Shown here in pieces: positions 55,113 through 64,000 of a stretch of DNA of 64,000 bases; within the stretch, counting starts at the first letter, position 1; every line of letters starts with the position of its first letter. Made by a program: the position numbers and the translations under genes. This stretch comes from Vicugna vicugna (lineage: Eukaryota): positions 186,001-250,000 of the forward strand of contig MU058824.1 in NCBI GenBank assembly GCA_013265495.1. The letters are read 5' to 3'. The notes under the pieces are model-generated. The model was not told where the DNA came from. It was given only the letters and a program-made list of their open reading frames with translations, and did no database searches.

Positions 55113-57749
55113 GTGAGAACTAGTGGGTTCTTCATTTTCTGAGTAATGTCTTTTATCAAAACTGGACAGATAAGAAATGAGCATACTACTACTAACTGGT
55201 TATGCATTTTCCAAAAAATTCCCAGGTTTTAACTGTAAACTTGTTTCTGTGTTTCTTATTCAAAACTACAAATTAAAATATTTTTGACTCTATAATCTGT
55301 ATGTTTAAATTTTTTAAAGTGAAATGCATAACTTAATGTGCTTGATTTCATTTGTTTTTGTTGGGTATAATTCACAATAGTGTTACAATGTTTTGTTAAT
55401 GGCAGATTGATTATGTAGGAACATTTTAATTTCTGGAAGCTTCTTGTAGGATTTAAAAAGTTGCTTATTAAATATTCTCTTCCAGTTTGTGCCATGTTGC
55501 CAAGTTGATGGCAAGAAATGGACCAAACTGAAGATCTTATAACCACCTGAGTTGTTTTTAAACTACGACGTTTTAGAGAAAAAGCTACACACAGACTTGC
55601 TTAGTGTGTGCTTTTTTGTTTTCTCTTGATAAAGGATATAAGATCAGAAAATATCGTCAAAAGTTACCTTAACGGTAGTTAAGCTGCAGTTGTAGGTACG
55701 GTGTGAGTGAAGTGAACCTAAGTGAATTCCAAGTCATACAGCAGCTTCTTGCTAGACAGCTGATAGTAAAGACATGTTTTTGATGAGGGAAATTTGCCTC
55801 CTATTTGGGGAGAATTGAGTTTTGGTGGCTTTTTTAAAGTGTTATGGTAATACATAGTGCATAGCGCGAGTAAGGAAGAACAATCTCAGATTAATTGGTG
55901 CTGAATTAATGTGGTAGCACACGTAAGAAGGGCAGCTGCAGGAATAGTACTTTAAAGCTTGAAGCATCTATTTTCTAGAATTTCTGTGAGGACTTGACAA
56001 GGCAAGTGTGAATCCTTGAAGTTGCCTACATGCATACAAAACTGACAAGGCAGTTTTTGAGTTTTGTTTAATTCTTTTTATTTCAAGCTCACGTTTAGAA
56101 TAAGTTAGTATGCCACATAAAATAAGACTGGGATAAATTAAGATAGAATTTGATAATCTTGAAAAGCATAATAGAGTCACACGAAGGTGTGTGTTTCTTT
56201 TATGACCTTGCTCTGTCTCTAACCTATTACCCATCATTTATAGGGATGTTTTTTATGAGTTGCTTTCTCAAATAGGATGGCTTTTTATTGATTACAGTTT
56301 TGAGTCTATCTTATGACTCATTGCATACTTTGGCAAGAAATTGATTATGGTTAGGGGTATAGTGGATGATTTTATGAAAGCAAAGCTTTCTCTCCTTTAT
56401 GGAATTAATCTGTGATTGTAGGCTTGTCACAGTAGTAATGCATCACAGCTTCTTAGAAAATACATATATATTATTTGGAGACTCGAATGGATTTATTGTC
56501 GCAGACTAAGATAAAAAGTAAATATAGTGATATTCAACATGAATCTTACGTACTAGTCTTCCCTTTAGTTTTGGAAAGTGAGAAATAAAAATTCCAAGCA
56601 TTTTGGTGTTTGGTTATTCATGGGCACTGGTTAATTTTTGTTGTTGCTTTAGTAATAGTATTTGTAATTAGATAGAATGGTAGGAGCAAATAAAATTCAT
56701 TAATTGAGCTAGTTTTGGATCATCTACCATCATTTGGATAACACTGACAAAGGATGAAAACACTGCCTTAATTTTAGGGAGATTTAAAGTAGTATGCTTT
56801 TAAAACTAGTCTGTGCTATTATAATATGACTATATTAGTCATTCATTAATATAGAATACTAAGTTCAGAAGACTGTTTTGCATAGACTGTTGGAGACTAG
56901 AATAATAAATTGAGATTCTGTGTAAAAGTGTCGGAAACTGAGGGGGGTTTAATTAAAATAGGAATAGTATTTAAAAGCATCCACTGGTAGAATTCTCTAA
57001 TATACCTTGGCAAGTTTGTTATGCTGAACTATAATAACTGGATAAGGTGAGGTCTGTTTTATTACCTTAGAGACAAAGTTAAATGTATGTTAGCTGTATA
57101 AGGTGACATTAAAATGCATGTTAGTTTATTTTTTTTGTTACTGTTCCCACTATTTTCTCTCAGTCACATTCAGTTATGTCTTAGTAGTTAAAGTATTGAG
57201 TAACCTGTAACAGCTCATACTTTAGGAGGAATGAAATGGCATTCTTGGTCTTAAATTCGAATCACGTATCACAGGCTGAATTGTAGCTCTTTTCTCTTAG
57301 AAAATGTGTAGAGTTTCTACTGATAAATTGGTATTTGTATTAGGTGCATCCTTAGGATTACTGACTTACAGGTTTTGCTAAATGCATATAGTGTGTTTGT
57401 ATTTTACTGCACAGTTCAGAAATTTCATTTTTATCCAAGTAGTATTTTTTTTTAAACCTTTTTAGGAATTTGAAATCATTTTTGCTTTAGAAAGAAATCT
57501 CAAGTTACATTAATCTTTAAAATGAAATACAATTTAACATTAGCTTTTAAATTTACTTTATGTTTTGGAGTCCTGTATTAATAGCTTCAGGTGCAGTTTT
57601 TTACACTATAAAATTACAATTTTACACTATAAAAATTTCTTTTTATCTTACCTTTGAATTTTAATACTTGCTGCTTTTTGTTTAAATGTCTCATCTTTTT
57701 ACCATGAGGATTAGAATTGTGAGGAATAAGATGTGATCATGCATCAAAG

Positions 57750-59100
57750 ATTTATTGAGCACCTATAAATGTTTCTACTTAAATTAATTAAAATTCAGTT
57801 CCTCAGTCACACTAACCGCGTTTCAAGTGCTTGGTAGCTACGCATGGCTAGTGGCTACTGTATTGGGCAGTAAAGATATAGGACAGCTCCATCATTGCAG
57901 AACAGTCTTTCAGATAGCACTGCTCTACAGTGTGCCAGGTGCTGTTCTGGGCTCTGGGGATTCAGAGGTAAACATGACTGACAGGGTGCTTACCCTCATA
58001 GAACTTAGCTCCTGATGGGGTTGATAGATGGTAAACAACTGTATAATGTCAGTATTAGGAAAAAAAGATGGAAGAAAAGCAGGGTAAAGAGAGAACATGT
58101 GATGGAACAGAGTAGGGGAGCTGTTTTAAATAGATGGTTAGGAAATGCTTTCGTTGACATCTGAATGTCCCTCAATGACTTGAAGGAGCAAGTCTTGTGA
58201 AGACCTGTGGAAAGAATCTTCTAGGCATAGGAAACACCAAGTGCAAAAACCCTGAAGTGAGAACAGATTTGACATATTTGAGGAATGGCAAGAAGGCCTG
58301 TGCAAGTGAGGTTCTGGGAGAGTGGTAGATGATGAGGGAGAAAGAATGACAGTAGCCAGATCACGTGGTACCCTGTGGTCCGTGATAAGGAGTGTGGATT
58401 TTGATCTGAGTGTGGTGAAAAAACATTGGACTGTATTGAGCAGAGAGGAGTGGCATGATCTAAATTATGTTTGTTTAACTTTAATTTACAAATAAAACAC
58501 TAATGAACTCCCATGTGCTCACTATCCAATTCTAGCAGAACTGAAGTGTGATTTATATTTTAAAAGCTCACCCAGGCTGCTGTGTAGAGAGAATTGACTT
58601 AGCGGGGCAAGAGGAAAAGCAAGACCATTAGGAGGCTATTGCAGTAATCTAGGTAAGAGGTAATGGTGGCTTGGAGTAGAATGGTAGCTAGTGGTTGAAG
58701 TGACGAGAAGCAGCTGGATTCTAGTAAAGCCAACAGGGCTGCTGGTGTGCATAGTGAAGGGTAAGGCCTGTGTTATGGTCCATATGACAGTGTGACTGCT
58801 GGTGAGGAGAGTTGAGTTTATTTGTGTTAAATTTAAGATGCCTCTTAGTGCAAAAGGAGTTGTCAAGTGTACATTTTTAGGTTGAGAAGAAGAGAAGAAT
58901 CCAGTGAAGGTAACTAAGAGGCCATAGGGTGACTATTTTAGTACTTCAAGTCCCACATCCCAAGGAACCCCTTGGCCCCTGGCAGAATGGAATGGTTGAT
59001 CTGGATAGGAGGAAACAAGAGTGTTGTAATCTGAAATTAAGATACTGTTTCAAGTAAGAGAAAATGATGCACTCACGAATACTTCTGAAGAATCTCAGAG
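57750..59100 (-). mobile_element. L2 fragments interrupted by a MER3/MER33-like hAT element (about 57770-57925)
   Basis: tttattgagcaccta|...|gtgccaggtgctgttctggg L2 end; aaattcagttcctcagtcacacta...gctagtggctactgtattgg. Confidence 0.7.
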
Positions 59101-59529
59101 AAGTGCATTACTTCATGAAAGTGTTAAATACCTTTCGTGGAAAATAATAAAATTGCTGGGGAATACAGGTACAGTTATATAGAACACCAAGACTTCCTTG
59201 TATGTTTTATAAATACTGTATTAGTAGTTCCAATTCAGAATGTTCTTTAATCTTAGTTGCTTTCTTCCTTTTTTTCTCCTCTAAAACAGAAAAAATACAA
59301 GTCAAAGTAATTATTAAGCACCAAAAGATTAGTAGGTGAAAATTGGGTGGCCTAACAGTTTATTCTGAGTTTAAATTTATTTACATTTATGTCTTTAGCA
59401 GAAGGTGTATTATAATGGGAAATTTATAGTTGAATATTGACAAGTTGTTAAATTTCTGCTTAAGATCTTATTTGTTATTATAAGTTATTGTTTCTTACAG
59501 ACTTTTCTAATCTTTGCTTATTTTAATAG

Positions 59530-59642
59530 GAGTCATGGCTTCGAAAGAATTACCTTACTGATTTCAGACACCATTTTATGAGTAATTTTCCATATGCCTT
59601 AAAAGAAATAACCAAGCCCAAAAGGAAAGAGACAAATAAAAG
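59530..59642 (+). CDS. TEX10: TEX10 coding exon 5 (missed by ORF track)
   Basis: Acceptor taatag|[40 protein letters not shown]; donor AG|GTATTG; 113 nt, in phase with exon 4. Confidence 0.93.
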
Positions 59643-60204
59643 GTATTGCAATTCTTTTCCACTGTTAATCTGAAGAAAATAATTTGCTTTAAACTGAAAC
59701 TTTCTGCACTGTGAGGTGTTTTTAATCTAGATTTTGTGATTATTTTCAGTGACCAACTGATAAAGTTAATGAAAAAAGAATTTAGGGTAAAGTAAGAGTA
59801 TGTAATAAGGAGCTGGTCCTGCTTTTTCATGGGGGGAGTAGAGCCCCAGGGAAGGGCTACCCTGATGAAGTGATGTATGCCAAGGTATGAAAGGAAAAGG
59901 AAGGAGTTAACTCTATGAAGAGGTTGAGATGGTCAAATTGTGGAATTTTTAGCAAAAATGGATTGACAGCTTATTCTTCATAAGTTTCCCCAGTGATTTG
60001 TTTTTAGGGATCAGAGGCTGCTCTTGTACTTCATAAGGAAGGCCACTGAATACTTAGCAGATAGCCGTGGAGGGCAACACAGATTAAAGTTAGGGAAGAC
60101 CCTTAGGCCAATGGTCCTCACACTTACTTGTGTATCCTCAGTTAATTTTTGACCTGATGTTTACATTTTTTAAATCTTAGGTTGAAATACAGAATTATAA
60201 AGGA

Positions 60205-61180
60205 TACTATTTATTTTTGTTGTGGTAAAATATACATACATAACATGAAATTCAGCTTTTTAACCATTTTAGTGTACAGTTCAGTGGCATTAAGTACATT
60301 CATGTTGTGCAGCCATTGCCACCATCATCTCTAGAAATTTTTCATCTTCCCAAAGTGAAGGTACACGTTAAACAATAACTCGTCATGCTCCCCTCCCCCT
60401 AGCTCTTGGGAACTACCTTCTACTTCTCTGTCTCTATTAATTTGACTATTCTGGGTACCTCATATCGGTAGAAGCATACAATATTCCTTCGCATCTGGCT
60501 TACTTTCATTTAGCATAGCAGAGTTTATTCATGGTGTAGCACGTACTAGCATTTTGTTCCTTTTTCAAATAGTTTATTTTTTAGACCAGTTTTAGATTCG
60601 TAGTAAAATTGAACAGAAGGTACTCTGCCACTGTCCCCACAGAGTGCATAGCCTCCCTCACTGTCAGCATCCCACACTGGAGTTATATATTTGTTACAAT
60701 CTATGAGCCTAAGTTGGTACATCATTAACACTCAAAGTCCATAGTTTTTATGTTTGGGTTCACTCTTTGCTGTTATACATTCTGTGAGTTTTGGCAAATG
60801 TATAGTGACATGTACCTATCATACACGATAGTTCACTGTCCTAAAATGCACTGTGCTTAGCCTCTTAATCCTACCCTCGTTCATGTTTTTTTTCATGGCT
60901 TGATGCCTCATTTCTTTTTAGTTCTAAGTAATATTCCATTGTATGAGTGTGTCGCAGTTTATCCATTCACCTACTGAAGAACCCCTTGGTTGCTTCCGTG
61001 TTTTCATTGCTTTTTAAGGCTGGCTAACCTTCCATTGTATGTACATACCATATTTTGTTTATTCATCTGTCAATGGACATGTGGATGGTTTCCACCTTTG
61101 GCTGTTGTCAATAATGCTACTATGATTATTGGTCTCCGGATATCTCCAAATATTCAAATCCTGCTTTCAGTTCTTTTTTG
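60205..61180 (-). mobile_element. Nested old L1M 3' fragments
   Basis: One L1 tail (from 60205) interrupted by a second (about 60565-61000). Confidence 0.7.
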
Positions 61181-61610
61181 TATGTATAATATTGGCATTG
61201 AAAATACTGACATTTAAAAAATTCAGTGTAGTTGAGTGGTCTCTAAGAAAACTTTTTCTTGTACTCATACTTTATTAGTTTATGTGGTGATTTTTCTAAT
61301 GAGGTAATTTTAATATGTACTGGGAACAGATACAGCTAAGTCTTGCCTTTGGCCTTTGGCCTACAAATCAGCTTGTGAGAGAGAAAAGTTCACTGCAGAC
61401 TAGAGTCTTCTACTAGTTGGGGAACTTTCCCAGTGTGTTAATTAATTTTTTTTCAGAGGGATTAGAGCGCTTTGATTGATTTAACAAGTTGACGTTGACT
61501 CGGAGTGGTTGGGAATTTATTGCAAAGTATATTGGGAAAGGCTAGTTTTCTCTTTATGGTAGTGATAGAAAGTTTCTCATAGAAAGTATTTGTTTTTAAA
61601 AGATGAACTG

Positions 61611-61705
61611 TGGGGAGGGGATACAGCTCAGTGATAGAGCATGTGCTTAGAATGCATGGGGTCCTGGGTTCAATCTCCTGTACCTCCATTAAAAGAAAAA
61701 AAGAA
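61611..61705 (+). mobile_element. tRNA-derived SINE
   Basis: acagctcagtgatagagc...gggttcaatctcctgtacctcc + A tail. Confidence 0.88.
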
Positions 61706-61883
61706 ATGGGGAGTTGAAAATTTTTTAAAAAACAAATAAAAAGTAAGGTATGTTAAACATAGTGGATAAATAATAGTTCAGGCAGTGTGTGAATGATTAC
61801 ATTAAAATATACTTGCAAATAGATTGTGGGAACCTGAGGATAGAATAAGCCCCAGAGGAAGATGGTGCAGTAGGAGTTGAGTA

Positions 61884-62080
61884 GAGCTGACCCTTGAACA
61901 ACTTGGGGGTTGGGATGCCCATATAACTTTACAGTCAGCCCTTTGTGTTCTTGGTTCCTCATCCTCAGATTCAGCCAACTGTGGATTGTGTAGTACTGTC
62001 GTATGTATTTATTGGGGGAAAAAAATCCATGCATAGGTGGACCCGTGCAGTTCAAACAGACCTTGTCCAAGGGTCAACTG
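61884..62080. mobile_element. Tigger2-like MITE (Tc1/mariner)
   Basis: TIRs gagctgacccttgaacaa / ttgtccaagggtcaactg, flanked by TA. Confidence 0.85.
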
Positions 62081-62249
62081 TATTTAAGCAGAAATCAAAA
62101 GGAAGTTGACTTGCAGTTTCATTTGTAGAAGAAATCTGGGGTTCCTATACTTAAATTGAACAAAAATGTTTGTTAAGACTAAAAGAAAAGATCATCTGGA
62201 ACAGTATAGAAGGTTACTTTTTAAAAAGAGATTTGTTGGAAATACAGTA

Positions 62250-62724
62250 CAAACATATTATTGTGTTTTCAGTTCATTGCGCTTGGAGGGTGTTGTGTAA
62301 CTTTTTAGAAATTGAAGGTTTGTGGCAACCTTGCATCAAGCAAGTCTATCGGCATCATTTTTTAACAGTATTTGCTCACTTCGTGTCTCTGTGTCACATT
62401 TTGGTAATTCTTGGGAGTATTTCAAACTTCTGTTATTCTGTTTCTTATGGTAATGTCTGGTCACTGTTCTTTGATGTTATTACTATGACTCACTGAAGGC
62501 TCAGATGGTGATTAGTATTTTTTACTAATAGAGTATATTTTAGTTAAGGTGTGTACTTTTTTCCAAAGGCATAATGCTGTTGCATACTTAATAGACCACA
62601 GTATCGTGTAAACATAACTTTTAGACATACCAGGAAACAAAATAATTCATGTGACTTGCTGTATTGTGATACTTTTCTTGTGGTGGTCTGGAACCAAACC
62701 CACAGTATCTTTAAGGTATGCCTC
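62250..62724 (+). mobile_element. Internally deleted Tigger1 derivative
   Basis: aaattgaaggtttgtggcaacc...caagtctatcggc and ggtctggaaccaaaccc...aggtatgcct ends. Confidence 0.85.
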
Positions 62725-62940
62725 TATATAGAAAGTTTAATAAGGACTCCATTGAAGATCTAGAATCTGAAATTCTTAAGGGCAGCTATCATTTTGGGAG
62801 AACCTTATAATTAAAGGAACAGAACAAATTAAGTTGGTGGGGTTGGAGGAAACTTACTGGTGTTTCCTGTAATCAATAGATCATTGTTTCTGTTGTGAGA
62901 CAGCTTATTACAGTTGGCTAACTTACTCGTATGCCTAAGA

Positions 62941-63472
62941 CAGCAGTTCTCAAAGTGTGGTCTGTGTCGCGTAGGGTCACAGACTATTTTTACAATTATA
63001 TTAAGATATTATTTGCCTTTTTCATTGTTCTGACGTTTGCACTGATGGTACAAAAGCATTGGTGGGTAAAACAGCTGATATCTTAGCATGAATTAAGGCA
63101 GTGGCACCAAACTGTACTAGTAGATGTTGTACAGTCATCCCTCTGTATCTGCCAGGGGTTGGTTCCAGGACCCCCTGCAGATCCAAAATCCATGGACGCG
63201 GTCCCTCAGTAGGCCCTACATATCTGCACACTCCGTATCCATGAATTCAAAAAACCATAGTTCATAAACACACATAACACACAATGCACAGTTGGTTGAG
63301 TATGTGGATGCATTACCCGTGGATATGGAAGGCCAACTGTATTCATCACCATGCACTCACAGTGTAAAAACATGCCAGTTTCACTTAAAAATTTCTCAAT
63401 AAAGTAGTAAAAAATTACTAATTTTATTAAGTCACAATCCTTGAGAGCATATTTTTCATATTCTGTGTGATG
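62941..63472. mobile_element. Charlie1-like hAT fragment interrupted by a MER2-like MITE (63132-63339, TA-flanked)
   Basis: ggtgggtaaaacagctg...ggcagtggcaccaaactgtactag host; insert cagtcatccctctgtatc...ggttccaggacccc...gaaggccaactg. Confidence 0.75.
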
Positions 63473-64000
63473 ATCTATGTGGCTGAAATTCTTTGGTATG
63501 TAGCCAAAATAGACCTGTTTTGGAATTTTTCCTTTGGCCTAGGTTCGTCTCTTCTTTCACCAGTACTGTACTGTCTTGATTACTGTAGTTGGACAGTAAG
63601 TCTCAGAAGTGGTAGTTAAGAATCTTCCAACTTAGTTCTACTTTAGTCTTGTATTGGGTAGTCTAGGTCTTCCTTAAAAACTTTAGAATCAGTTTGTTAA
63701 TAACTACAAAATAACTTGCTGGGATTTTGATTGGAATTGTATTGAATCTATAGATCTAGTTAGGGAAAATTGATACTTAAACTGCAGAGATGGTGCAAAA
63801 CTGGGATTAAGTTTTGTGTAAGAGCTGCTTTTACTCCCAGTTCACCTTTACCCTGGAAGAGAAGCCTTTAAGGGTCCAGCTTGAAGTAGGGATAATATAC
63901 AGAAGTCCCTGTGTTTTGCAGGCCCTGGGCTTTGACTTTTCCCTGTGAGGCCAGTAAAAGCTGCTTCAGTTTTCCGACTTTTTCTTTGAAATTAGCAGTT

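Noticed and set aside
57599..57634. Direct repeat ttttacactataaaa, period 21
   Set aside because: Ordinary slippage micro-duplication in an AT-rich intron.

Overview
Mammalian (eukaryotic) genomic DNA, very probably a camelid: it carries many copies of a tRNA-derived SINE with an 'aaacctaattaccccc' tail (Vic-1-like) and young L1 3' tails. Firm content: (1) the CpG-island promoter, probable non-coding exon 1 and coding exons 2-5 of TEX10 on the + strand (about 48.2-59.6 kb; the gene continues past the window); (2) a full-length processed RPSA retrocopy on the - strand (37281-38325) with 5' TOP start, poly(A), a perfect 16-bp TSD and a still-open 294-aa ORF; (3) a CpG island at about 0.8-1.5 kb with a - strand splice donor, inferred from mammalian synteny to be MSANTD3 exon 1; (4) an orphan CpG island/promoter-like element at about 11.5-11.9 kb. 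The rest is mostly interspersed repeat (L1, L2, MIR, MaLR/ERV LTRs, Tigger/Charlie fossils), with two N gaps. Most ORFs in the supplied track are repeat-derived or GC-rich noise. I see no strong evidence for a wholly new biological system. The best leads are the intact RPSA retrocopy, the orphan island, a Kozak ATG in the putative MSANTD3 first exon and several informative retrotransposition scars. Repeat family names and reference-protein comparisons are from memory, not from database searches, and repeat boundaries are approximate unless TSDs are given.
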